Source: a virus (taxonomy: Duplodnaviria; Caudoviricetes). From it: DNA of 57,057 nt. Below, one piece after another: positions 20,575 to 30,070 of this stretch. The notes below the pieces were generated by a model. The model made no database searches. It saw only the letters and a program-made list of their open reading frames with translations, and was not told where the DNA came from. The stretch lies in IMG/VR virus record IMGVR_UViG_3300037502_003469, positions 1 through 57,057 of that record; one strand, written 5' to 3'. Numbering within the stretch: the stretch's first letter is position 1; every line of letters starts with the position of its first letter. The position numbers and the translations under genes were made by a program.

Positions 20575-23500
20575 TTAATTCTCTATAAAAAGTATTCTTA
20601 TGTAACCCTCTTCTAAGACAACTAGCGGGTCTGAAGGAACAAATAATATGCCGTCTTTTCCTACAGTATAGCTAAATGATTCTTCCCCGACATCTACGAA
20701 AACACCATATACATTTGTTCCGTTTTTTACAGGCATATTTATTAAATGACCTGTGGAATAAAACTCTTCACCTACACCAAAACTTTCCATGAGATTAGAA
20801 TACACAAAAACTACCATTCTATACTGATAAGGTGATAAGTTTACACCGTGTTTTAAAGAAGAAAATTGAGTTCCTTTTTGAGCAGGTATCAGACCAGAAT
20901 CAAATAGTATTTTACCACTAGAATTAAAAATAACTTGCTTTAAAGATTGATTAGAATTTAATTTTTCAATGTAAGCACAATTGGCAACTGAATAGTTTTT
21001 TTGAATAGGGTTTTTTAAAATTAGTTTTGTAGATTCATACTTATCAAAACCTTCATTAACTATATCTAATATTTCAATTTTTTCACTTTGGAATGAAAAG
21101 TCTGAATTAGGGTCATCAAAATTATAAGTAGCTTCTATAGGTGAAAAATTATCTAGGACTGTAGTTTGTCCCAAGTAACCAGAAGGGTTTGATGCTAATG
21201 ATTGTTGACCTGAACCGGAATCAGGATACTGGAATTCATTGAAAGTGTAATAATTGATTCTTATTCTTCCATCTGCTCCATCCCCTCCTATTATTCCTTC
21301 TAAAGTCTCCGCAGATTCTCCTTTTCCTCCTGCTCCGCCGCCCCCAGCGGAAGCAAAACTATTAATCGCACCTACTCCAGAAGAACCTCCGTTTCCTGAA
21401 ATTCCTCCTAAGCCGTGGCTGCCTCCAATACAATCAAATATAGGAGTATTTATCGAGCGAGAATTTACAAATATTGTTCCACCTGCACCTGCTCCTCCAC
21501 CTCCACCTGCTCCACCGCCTCCACCTGCTCCTGCTCCGCCGATAGATTGTGCCGATAGCGGTGATGAACTACCTGAAACAAATCCATTGCCTCCATTTCC
21601 ACCGTTACCGCCATTTCCACCGTTACCGCCATTTTGACCGTTAGACAAAATTACAGGATTGTTAATTGCATTAACTTGAAGAAAAACTATACCCCCACCA
21701 TTTCCCCCAACAGCATTTCCCTCACTACCGTTTTGACCTAGTGTAGAACCTCCTCCACCACTTCCTCCCGAACCCGGAGTATTACTGGAAACTCCGCCAG
21801 AAAGAAAACCTGAACCTCCATTTCCACCTTTGCCAGCAGCTCCGCCGCCGCCCCCAAAATATAACTGAGATAGCTCAGGAATCCCTATGGATTGACCTCC
21901 TAAACCTGCTAGGGAAGATGTCCCACTATTTATAGAACCTGAAGAACCTGAAGCATTTAATCCTCCTCCTAAACCAAATCCAAATGAGCCTCCATTTTGA
22001 CCGTTAGTAGGAATTTGTGAAACTAAAGTGGCGGAATCTCCTATTGCTCCATCTGTGCTTGAACCTACAGGAGTTAATCCGTTTATAGAAGTTGCTCCTC
22101 CTCCACCGCCTCCTGCACCAGAGGCAGACCCTCTTTTTCCTATGTCTCCCACGGTAGCATACCCACCGCCTGCTCCGGCACCTCCACCCATAGCACCAGA
22201 ACCTCCACCTCTTCCACCTGTAACTTGAAAGCCATTATTTGAAAAAGACAGAGGTAATTCGGAATCTAATCCGTTATTTCCATCTAAGCCACCTCCACCT
22301 CCACAGTCTTGAGAGATGTTTGTTTTCTGGTTTAATTCACCAAATAAAAAACCTTCTCCTTTGCCTCCAGATAAATTGGCTCCACGGTATCCTTTTCCAG
22401 TTACATCAATTTTTGAATCTAAGGGAGAGTTATCCCCCATAAATTCAACTGTCCCTGTGGCAAAAAAAGATAAAATACCTCCTCCATCTACAGGACTGTA
22501 TGGACTACAAGTAAGAGTTGAATTGTTTAAAGTTACGTTTCTAAATTGAGGTACGGTCATGATGAAAACATGATTGTTTTCACCATAAAAAGAATTACTT
22601 ACTCCTAAATGTCTATTTAATATGAGGTTTTCTTCAACTTCGATAGAATTAGAGGCAGAGGATTTAACTTTTAAAAAATCATACTGACCTATTTGAGAAG
22701 AATCAGATAAATTATTCACTTGAGCAGTAAAAATTATAATGACATCACCTTCCTGAACTTCAATGTCATCACCTGAGTAATTTATTACAGTTTGATTTTT
22801 TAATATATTATTTGAAACTTTTCTTTTTCGGCTATAAGTAACTCCATTTATATCTTCATTAATGTTAAATTCTCCTGAATTTAACACTAGATCACCATGG
22901 CGACCATCACCAAAATTAATATCTGTTCCAAATTTTAAAAGACCTTTTTGAATGTCTATGGAAACTTCTCTGTTTTCAGGTACAAAACTAAGATCAGTTA
23001 AATCTCTAGCTATAAATTTTGTATAATTTTTATGAATTAAAAAATCTAAACTGTCGTGATATAAAGTAATACCGTCAGCACTACCATATAGCTTATTACC
23101 TAAAGAAGGTGTTTGAGTTAAATCATCTCCGAGTGTATAATCAACACTTTCAACCCAGTTTGTCCCATCTGATTTTTTTAAGACTTTAGCAGAAGATGGT
23201 TCAGAAGAGGGTCTTATTGAATAAGAGTTTTGACCTAAACTAAATAGCCCTTCTTCAACTACGCTTGAAATATCAGAGGAACTTTTTATTTTTAGTTTTT
23301 CACCTACTCGATATTTAACGTCATTAGTTGGAACAAAAATTTCTGTTTGACCTTCTGTAATATTGTCCAAAATATAATTTCTAAAAGACCTTGAGTTATT
23401 TTTACTAAAGACTTTTCTTGTGGAAATTTTTCGGTAACTGTATTTTCCTCTAAAATCAAATAAGTCAAGTTCTGAAATTTCATCAATTTCTACACCATTT

Positions 23501-23970
23501 GAAGATTTTAATATTACTATCCAAATCAAAGAATTTTCATCTAAAATTTTTAAAGAACCTTCCTGATTGTCCTCTCTTCCATTTTTTACAGCTTCTAAAA
23601 CTTCAACGTAAGTTCCTTCTACGCCATAATTAATTCTAATTTCATCATCTTGATTCAAATAAATATGACAGGCTACTGCTTTCCCTGTGCTAGGTATATT
23701 TGGAATAAAGCTAGAGAATGATGCGTAATCTCCACTAATATTACCATTTTCTAAATCTATAAAAGTGCTTCCAAAAGTCGCTTCCCCGTTTGAATTTCTT
23801 GGAAATTTAGAAACTACTTGACTGCCTTTCAGATAAGTAAATTTAGTTGTCCCAGCAACTTTACAAATACTAGGAAGTAAGCAGACAGTTTTTGGACTAT
23901 TTTTAAATAATAATAGTCTTGCGTCTTCTAATGAGTTATTTTTTCCGTTCAATATTTTTAAATTAGCCAT
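20575..23970 (-). CDS. Tail fibre-like protein with glycine-rich (polyglycine II-type) domain
   Basis: GDGRHGDL, VPQF.NVTL, IDVTGKGYRG, many GGGGG/GGNGG runs and G.DGRIRI; N- and C-domains shared with the next two genes. Confidence 0.75.
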   Translation of the reverse strand: MANLKILNGKNNSLEDARLLLFKNSPKTVCLLPSICKVAGTTKFTYLKGSQVVSKFPRNSNGEATFGSTFIDLENGNISGDYASFSSFIPNIPSTGKAVACHIYLNQDDEIRINYGVEGTYVEVLEAVKNGREDNQEGSLKILDENSLIWIVILKSSNGVEIDEISELDLFDFRGKYSYRKISTRKVFSKNNSRSFRNYILDNITEGQTEIFVPTNDVKYRVGEKLKIKSSSDISSVVEEGLFSLGQNSYSIRPSSEPSSAKVLKKSDGTNWVESVDYTLGDDLTQTPSLGNKLYGSADGITLYHDSLDFLIHKNYTKFIARDLTDLSFVPENREVSIDIQKGLLKFGTDINFGDGRHGDLVLNSGEFNINEDINGVTYSRKRKVSNNILKNQTVINYSGDDIEVQEGDVIIIFTAQVNNLSDSSQIGQYDFLKVKSSASNSIEVEENLILNRHLGVSNSFYGENNHVFIMTVPQFRNVTLNNSTLTCSPYSPVDGGGILSFFATGTVEFMGDNSPLDSKIDVTGKGYRGANLSGGKGEGFLFGELNQKTNISQDCGGGGGLDGNNGLDSELPLSFSNNGFQVTGGRGGGSGAMGGGAGAGGGYATVGDIGKRGSASGAGGGGGGATSINGLTPVGSSTDGAIGDSATLVSQIPTNGQNGGSFGFGLGGGLNASGSSGSINSGTSSLAGLGGQSIGIPELSQLYFGGGGGAAGKGGNGGSGFLSGGVSSNTPGSGGSGGGGSTLGQNGSEGNAVGGNGGGIVFLQVNAINNPVILSNGQNGGNGGNGGNGGNGGNGFVSGSSSPLSAQSIGGAGAGGGGGAGGGGGAGAGGTIFVNSRSINTPIFDCIGGSHGLGGISGNGGSSGVGAINSFASAGGGGAGGKGESAETLEGIIGGDGADGRIRINYYTFNEFQYPDSGSGQQSLASNPSGYLGQTTVLDNFSPIEATYNFDDPNSDFSFQSEKIEILDIVNEGFDKYESTKLILKNPIQKNYSVANCAYIEKLNSNQSLKQVIFNSSGKILFDSGLIPAQKGTQFSSLKHGVNLSPYQYRMVVFVYSNLMESFGVGEEFYSTGHLINMPVKNGTNVYGVFVDVGEESFSYTVGKDGILFVPSDPLVVLEEGYIRILFIEN

Positions 23971-23973
23971 AAT

Positions 23974-25113
23974 TTATGCTCTACTTAGTACAATTCTTAT
24001 AAAACCTGTTGTTCTTAAACTGTTTGTTTCAAAATCAAAAAATATTCCACTGGAACCTATTTCGTATGAAAATGTTCCTAGTCCTCCAGTATCAGGGTCA
24101 ATCCAAATACCTATTTGTGTAGCTCCTGAAGCGTAACCATGAGGTATAATCCTAACATCACTATCTGAACCTGTAGGACTGTAGTAAACTATAGGGTTCC
24201 CACTAAAAGATTTATTTTCAGGGTGAGCAAAATTTCCATTAGTTCCAGATGAAACAAAAATCCAACCTGTATCATAAGGCTGATTTTCTGAATATGATAA
24301 AAAAGAAGTTTTAAATTCTGTAACATTTATTTTAATTATTCTTGCAGCCTCACCAACTGTAAAATTTCCAACAACCGTAGGGGTGAAAAACACTTCATCA
24401 AATAGCTCACCCTTAACAACATTAGTAACTGTAAGAAAATCACCTTCTCCTGTTCCTACTGGAAACTCTTCTTGAGTTCCATCTAAAAGTTTTTGAACTT
24501 TTATTAAATCACCTATTTCACATACCGTTTTATCTACTTTAACTGAATTTTCTCCATCAAAAACATCCACGATTAATGTTTCAAAATGAACTATGTCAGT
24601 TTCAGTAAAAATATCATTAACAGAATTTAAAAATTTAAAGCTAGGAGATTCTACAAACAAATCATCTTCATTTATAATATTTAAAATACTGCCAGCCGAT
24701 GATAATATTACAGAAAAAATCTTTATAGCTCCATATACTTTGTTTCCACAAACATCATGTTCGTTATCTATAAAGCCTTGTAATACTTCTTCTCTTGTTG
24801 AAAAATCTAATAAACTATACCTAACTTCAATCGTTTTATTTCTTGTATAATAAACTTGAGCCAACCTAAAATTATTACTGGAAGGTATTATGTTTACAAA
24901 AGACGAGTCATTTATTGTCCCATTTTCAAAATCAATTGTTATTTTTGTTTTTTCAAAATTAACAGAAGATGGAAAATTTGATTGAACAGCACTCTCATAA
25001 AATATTCGGTCATTGGTATAAATATTAATTTTTTTATCTTCTATAAAACATTGAATAGGTTTTTCTTTACCTGAAAAATTGTTTTCAATATTTTGTAATT
25101 TTATGTTTGCCAT
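23974..25113 (-). CDS. Fibre-associated paralogue 2
   Basis: MANIKLQN start; C-terminal YDTGW...H...GIWID...GFIRIVL. Confidence 0.65.
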   Translation of the reverse strand: MANIKLQNIENNFSGKEKPIQCFIEDKKINIYTNDRIFYESAVQSNFPSSVNFEKTKITIDFENGTINDSSFVNIIPSSNNFRLAQVYYTRNKTIEVRYSLLDFSTREEVLQGFIDNEHDVCGNKVYGAIKIFSVILSSAGSILNIINEDDLFVESPSFKFLNSVNDIFTETDIVHFETLIVDVFDGENSVKVDKTVCEIGDLIKVQKLLDGTQEEFPVGTGEGDFLTVTNVVKGELFDEVFFTPTVVGNFTVGEAARIIKINVTEFKTSFLSYSENQPYDTGWIFVSSGTNGNFAHPENKSFSGNPIVYYSPTGSDSDVRIIPHGYASGATQIGIWIDPDTGGLGTFSYEIGSSGIFFDFETNSLRTTGFIRIVLSRA

Positions 25114-26249
25114 TAATTTAACACCGCTACCGCTCTGTAGTATCCACTACTGACAGAACTAAGTACGTCTCCAGATGAATCTAAAATGTGATATAGTGAA
25201 TTATTTCCAAATTTTAGAGTCACGTTATCAAAATTCATTTTTATATTGACCCCATAGGTTTGACTTAAACCTGTGTCTGCATATTGAGTTAATAGTCTCG
25301 CACCTTCCATACTTTCTACTGAATTGAAATAAATTAAAAAATGATAGGTAAAAATATTTAGGTTCAAATTATGCACTATATTGACTGTTTGAGATGTTGA
25401 AGATGCTACCCATCCAGAATCATATAAAATTTTACTTTTAGATTCCAAAGCCTGTCTTAAATTACTATATTCATTAATTCTAACTCTAGGTAAATCCGAC
25501 AAATCATAAGCGTTTTGAAGATTAGAAGAAAATGTAATTATGTCAGAAAGTGGCGATCTTTTTTGAATATTTTCAACTACTAAATTTTCTGAATTAGTTT
25601 TGGAAAATAATGTTATTGAATCACCTGCTTGTAAATTTGTATTTCTAATATTTATTTGGTTTTGTTCATCTAAAGCAGACTCACTCAAATATTCTAAAAA
25701 TTGTATTCGATATTCTTCATTATTGTCATTTGTAAACTGTAAGGTTTCAGTATCTAACCCAAGTACAAGATCAGGTCTTAAATCATGAAATGTTTCAATC
25801 GTATATCCTGAACCTCTATTAACGATTAAAACACAGTATAGAGGCATATTATAAGATTTAGAGAAATTAAAAGAATTAAAATCAATGGTAGCAAGTTCTA
25901 TAGTTTTGACACTTTCATAAGCAACGCTTAATAAATCCTGTGTATTTATTGAAATAATGGCTATGACCCCTTCCCCAGAGGACATACTAGGTATTAAAAA
26001 ATCAGAAGAAATTTCATCTCCATCAATTACACCTGTACTAAAATCTAATGAAGTTATTAAATCTTGATATTCATTTAGAGAGCTTCTTGGGAATTTAGAT
26101 ATAATGTCTCCAACATAACCAAATTCAACCCTTGAATTTCTAACATATCTTGAAGGATGCAAATAAAAAAAAGAGCCTTCAGAATAACCTAAAAACCGTG
26201 TGTCAACTTTTGATGAATTTTGTCTATTCTGTATTTTTAAATTAGCCAT
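25113..26249 (-). CDS. Fibre-associated paralogue 3
   Basis: MANLKIQN start, SKFPR; C-terminal KILYDSGW...H...YGV...GYYRAV. Confidence 0.65.
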   Translation of the reverse strand: MANLKIQNRQNSSKVDTRFLGYSEGSFFYLHPSRYVRNSRVEFGYVGDIISKFPRSSLNEYQDLITSLDFSTGVIDGDEISSDFLIPSMSSGEGVIAIISINTQDLLSVAYESVKTIELATIDFNSFNFSKSYNMPLYCVLIVNRGSGYTIETFHDLRPDLVLGLDTETLQFTNDNNEEYRIQFLEYLSESALDEQNQINIRNTNLQAGDSITLFSKTNSENLVVENIQKRSPLSDIITFSSNLQNAYDLSDLPRVRINEYSNLRQALESKSKILYDSGWVASSTSQTVNIVHNLNLNIFTYHFLIYFNSVESMEGARLLTQYADTGLSQTYGVNIKMNFDNVTLKFGNNSLYHILDSSGDVLSSVSSGYYRAVAVLN

Positions 26250-26728
26250 TATTTTTTACTCATATATTTTTTGAATTCACTTTTTAATTTTTTACGAAAA
26301 TCTTTTTTTAAATCTTCTATACCCTTTTCAAAAAACTTTGTTTTAGGAAGTCCGGGGTGAGTCCAACTTCCTTTTTTCCTCATGGATTTTTTACTAGCCC
26401 ATCTAAAAACAACCTCTCCAGTGTTCTTATCTTTAATAGGTATGGGACGGGTCGCCTTTTGCAAGTATTTCATTTTATGCTTTCTTACTCCATAGTTATG
26501 ATAGGAGCCGATAGCGTTTAAATGAAAAGTTATACTGCTTTTACCTATAGTAAAAGATACACTTTTTCTGATAGAATTACCGTTTTTACCGTAATTCTTT
26601 TGATGCTCTCGAATTTTTTTCAGCCCTGCCCTTCCTAAATTATATTTAAGACGGCGTGTCAGTAGTCTGTCTAACTTCTTTTTTAAGACAGATTTACTCA
26701 ATAAGGGTTTGATATAAACCTTTAGCAT
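26249..26728 (-). CDS. Basic virion morphogenesis/tail-completion protein (HK97 gp10 / Mu gpG-like)
   Basis: Highly basic; SI.KSV...YHNYG...HPGL....FFEKGI pattern. Confidence 0.55.
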   Translation of the reverse strand: MLKVYIKPLLSKSVLKKKLDRLLTRRLKYNLGRAGLKKIREHQKNYGKNGNSIRKSVSFTIGKSSITFHLNAIGSYHNYGVRKHKMKYLQKATRPIPIKDKNTGEVVFRWASKKSMRKKGSWTHPGLPKTKFFEKGIEDLKKDFRKKLKSEFKKYMSKK

Positions 26729-26764
26729 CAATACAACAAATTATTAGAAAATAAGTCTGAAATT

Positions 26765-26802
26765 TAAAAGGAAACGAGAGGGAAGTTTATCTCCCCTCTC
26801 GT
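26765..26802 (-). terminator. Intrinsic terminator after the sheath gene
   Basis: Minus strand ACGAGAGGGGAG-ATAAA-CTTCCCTCTCGT followed by TTCCTTTT. Confidence 0.8.
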
Positions 26803-26808
26803 ATAATT

Positions 26809-29562
26809 TTAGAGGCTAGTTCGGATAGTGTAGTTTACTTGAATCCAATTTAATGGGAAAACAGGAGAGTAAAACGCTACAACGTCTGCTACAGTAGGGT
26901 CACTCGCTCTAGGAGTAGCCTTGATTCCTGTATAGGCAGTTACAATTTCACCTTGAATTAGTGCTTTAAACATATTCGCTAAAGAAATCTCAATATCTGT
27001 TATGCGAGTAGGTAAGAATTTTTCTGCAATAAAAGGGTCAAGAATTGACCTTGTTTGTTGCTGAACATAATCTTTAATAAACACTATAGAAGGCTCTCTG
27101 GTAAGTACGTTGCTCATATCTGTAGTTACAGCCTGTCTAATTTGAATAGCTGCTTGATTTTCTGTAAGAACCGTTAAACCTGCCGTTGCAGATTGATTGG
27201 CTGAAACAGCATCAAGTTTTCTAAACAAGCGACGGAACCCTACCATACTCTTACGTGTTAGCGGAGTAGCAACATCGAAAGAAGGGTTACAAGCTAATCC
27301 TGCTAAAGCTGCTGCTAAAAAGCTTCCATCAACTGCGGTTTCAACTTCACGACCTAATGCGTCAGTTAAAGCTACGATAGCTCCGTCTGGATATACTCCT
27401 ATTAAACGCTCAGTTCTCAAAGCCTTTGAAAAGTCTTGAGCAGATTCAGGAGTAGTTCCGATTGCGTAACCAAAAACTCCTGTTCTTTCAAGTGCGTATC
27501 TTGTACTTGAAACTTTCTCAACATGCTTTTTCATGTATTGAATAACAGGTTTGCTTGTTGTCAAACAAACCATAATGTTTGGTCTTACGTCTCCATCCAT
27601 AGGGTTTTCTAATGAATCCATAGCTGCAAAATAATCAGAATCATTTGCCTGTAATCCGTCAGAACCCTTTTTAACTTGGACGAGAGCTACCGCAGGAGCA
27701 CCGTTAAGGAACGCTAAGTTACTTGCTAAAGTTAATCTGTTCTCAACATTTAATTCACCAAAGTTGCTTATAACATCTCTGAAATTTAAGTAAACATTTG
27801 GCTTGAAATCAGCTTTAGCATATTCAAGAGAAACGTAATAAGAATCTCCAATGGCAGGCTCACTTCCACCTTTGTTATAAGTATTAACAATAGCAGTATT
27901 TCCTACACCTACCCCAGTAGAATTGGAAACAATTAAGTTAATTCCGGGTATTGATTTTGTTGGATTTGAATCTGTTTTAAATGTTTGAGAACACTCAATC
28001 ATTAAAAAGTCACCAGACTGATAACTAAATGTCGAAGGACTTAAAACAGTAAATCGTAAACCTGTTTTTGAATCAATGTAAGTTTGATCTAAATAACCAG
28101 TACCGTTTGAACCAGAAGCTCCTAAAGATGATGTAACAGCATACGTATTACTATCCGTAAAAGTCAGAGTCACAGTCTCTTCAAGTGATGCTTTTGGTAT
28201 TGTTAAAGTATCTTCTACATCGCCCGGAAAACTGATACCTTCGATGCTAAAATTAGCACCTGCTACCATTGAACCAGTAATGTCGAAATTAGCATCAAAA
28301 AGTTGTCCAAAATTATCAGAAGATATTTCGTAATCTCCTGCGGTAGCACCAACAGAAGAAACTTTATTTGTGATTGTGAAAGAGTCGTCTGTTAAATTGT
28401 TGTAATAAAAAGACGCATATACTTTCATTCCTGTAGAAGGTGCATTTTTAAGAGTTACTGTTCTAGTTCCTCCTACAAGTTGTGCAACCGAAACAGGTCC
28501 AGCAGCTTTAGCAGAAGCTACTGAATTACCAACGTACACTTGGATTTTAGTAATATCGTCTGTTACTTTTGCTAAACCTGTACCATCTGTAGGAAAAAAC
28601 TCAAGTTGAAAAACCTTATTAGTCCCATTGGATGAGCCAGCACACTGTCTAAAAAAAGCACGATTATCTACTAGAATACCTTGGATTTGAGTATCGTCAA
28701 AAGCTTCACCTGATTCTAATTCACCTATTCCTACACTTACTGAGCTTCCCCATTGAATTTTATTTCCAGATTCTATAACGAAGTCAGAACCTAAAAAGTA
28801 ATCTTGTTTATTTGGGGTATTACCTACTGCATTTATTTTGCTTAAAGTAATGTCTTGTGGAAGGAAATCAAAAGTATCCTGCCAAGTGTTTGTATAGTAA
28901 GTTAAAAGAACTGTATCTTCTTCTTCAGGAGCACTTGAAAGAGTTACCAATCCAAGCTCACCATCAACAGAAGAAATTACTACAGATGAACCATTTACAG
29001 TAGCAGACAATCTTGAAGGGTCAGTTGTTGAAATCCCTCCGTTATTTCCAGAAACAATTCTAGGAAAATTAACTTTGAAAGTTTTATTCAAACCGTCTGC
29101 TTGTGAACTAACATCATCGTCTGTAATTTTTGTATCTTTTCGAGAAAAGAAATACGAAACTCTGACTGTTGAGCCAAGAGGAGGGATAGTTCCTAAAGTT
29201 ACTTGTCCCAATTCCCCATTAAGATTTATAATAGAAGTAGGCTCACCATCAACAGTTACGGAAATTGCATTTGGGTCATTTGTTACAAAAGCGTTTCCGT
29301 TTCCATCAACAACAGGGAAATGAACTACGTTAAAAGTTCTGTTAGTTCCTGTAAATTGATTCGATACGTCTTCACCAACCATTCTAATATCAGAAGTTGC
29401 AGAAGAACCTCTAATAATTTCAAAATTGGTTAGTTTTAAAGTTTCTGCCCCAACTCCAATAAAAACAGGTAATCTTAAACCTGCAATGATACTCGGAACT
29501 GAAGTATCTGTTAATGTCTGAACATAAACGCCCGGAGGGGCGTAAGTGCTAAAAATTGCCAT
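26809..29562 (-). CDS. Contractile tail sheath protein (917 aa)
   Basis: N-terminal Y.PPGVYV, G.FIGVG, FG, AFLNGA, LAAALAGL, LTRK...GF, G.TVL, IRQAVTTD, YSPVFPLNWI; GGAGG RBS. Confidence 0.9.
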   Translation of the reverse strand: MAIFSTYAPPGVYVQTLTDTSVPSIIAGLRLPVFIGVGAETLKLTNFEIIRGSSATSDIRMVGEDVSNQFTGTNRTFNVVHFPVVDGNGNAFVTNDPNAISVTVDGEPTSIINLNGELGQVTLGTIPPLGSTVRVSYFFSRKDTKITDDDVSSQADGLNKTFKVNFPRIVSGNNGGISTTDPSRLSATVNGSSVVISSVDGELGLVTLSSAPEEEDTVLLTYYTNTWQDTFDFLPQDITLSKINAVGNTPNKQDYFLGSDFVIESGNKIQWGSSVSVGIGELESGEAFDDTQIQGILVDNRAFFRQCAGSSNGTNKVFQLEFFPTDGTGLAKVTDDITKIQVYVGNSVASAKAAGPVSVAQLVGGTRTVTLKNAPSTGMKVYASFYYNNLTDDSFTITNKVSSVGATAGDYEISSDNFGQLFDANFDITGSMVAGANFSIEGISFPGDVEDTLTIPKASLEETVTLTFTDSNTYAVTSSLGASGSNGTGYLDQTYIDSKTGLRFTVLSPSTFSYQSGDFLMIECSQTFKTDSNPTKSIPGINLIVSNSTGVGVGNTAIVNTYNKGGSEPAIGDSYYVSLEYAKADFKPNVYLNFRDVISNFGELNVENRLTLASNLAFLNGAPAVALVQVKKGSDGLQANDSDYFAAMDSLENPMDGDVRPNIMVCLTTSKPVIQYMKKHVEKVSSTRYALERTGVFGYAIGTTPESAQDFSKALRTERLIGVYPDGAIVALTDALGREVETAVDGSFLAAALAGLACNPSFDVATPLTRKSMVGFRRLFRKLDAVSANQSATAGLTVLTENQAAIQIRQAVTTDMSNVLTREPSIVFIKDYVQQQTRSILDPFIAEKFLPTRITDIEISLANMFKALIQGEIVTAYTGIKATPRASDPTVADVVAFYSPVFPLNWIQVNYTIRTSL

Positions 29563-29652
29563 GAAAAATCCTCCAAAAAAGAATTAACTTTATCTATATT
29601 TCACTAAAAAAATTCTACATTATTAATATAAATAATTTGGGAGGAATATTCT

Positions 29653-30060
29653 CTAAGGCTTTTCTTTTTTTTCTTGCTTTGAGAATTCCGAATAGAGAGT
29701 TTTTCGTTCTTCAATTCTCTCTTTATTTACTGTTTTATATTCATAGTTTATTTTTCCAGATTCATCTTTTTTTATCTCTGATTTAATTGCTTGATTTCCC
29801 GATTCTTTTCTTATTTTATCTTTTTGTTTTTTTCGATCATTAATATCTTCCCATCTCTTTTCTGCTTCTGCACCGATAAGTCTATCTACAGTATCTCTTG
29901 AAGTACCTGATCTCATAACATTAATAGGGCTAAAAACTCTCCTAGTATTTTCTATATTTGAGCATTTTGGACAATTTGACTGAGGTCCAGCTTCATCCAT
30001 TTTTTTAAATTCTTCAAAATGGTAATTACAATCCTCACAGTAATATTCATACGTTGGCAT
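29653..30060 (-). CDS. FmdB-family zinc-ribbon protein
   Basis: MPTYEYYCEDC...FE...CPKC...RRVFS. Confidence 0.85.
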   Translation of the reverse strand: MPTYEYYCEDCNYHFEEFKKMDEAGPQSNCPKCSNIENTRRVFSPINVMRSGTSRDTVDRLIGAEAEKRWEDINDRKKQKDKIRKESGNQAIKSEIKKDESGKINYEYKTVNKERIEERKTLYSEFSKQEKKEKP

Positions 30061-30070
30061 AATTAAATCC

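Noticed and set aside
21254-22549. Pro-rich plus-strand ORFs
   Set aside because: Antisense shadows of the Gly-rich fibre domain
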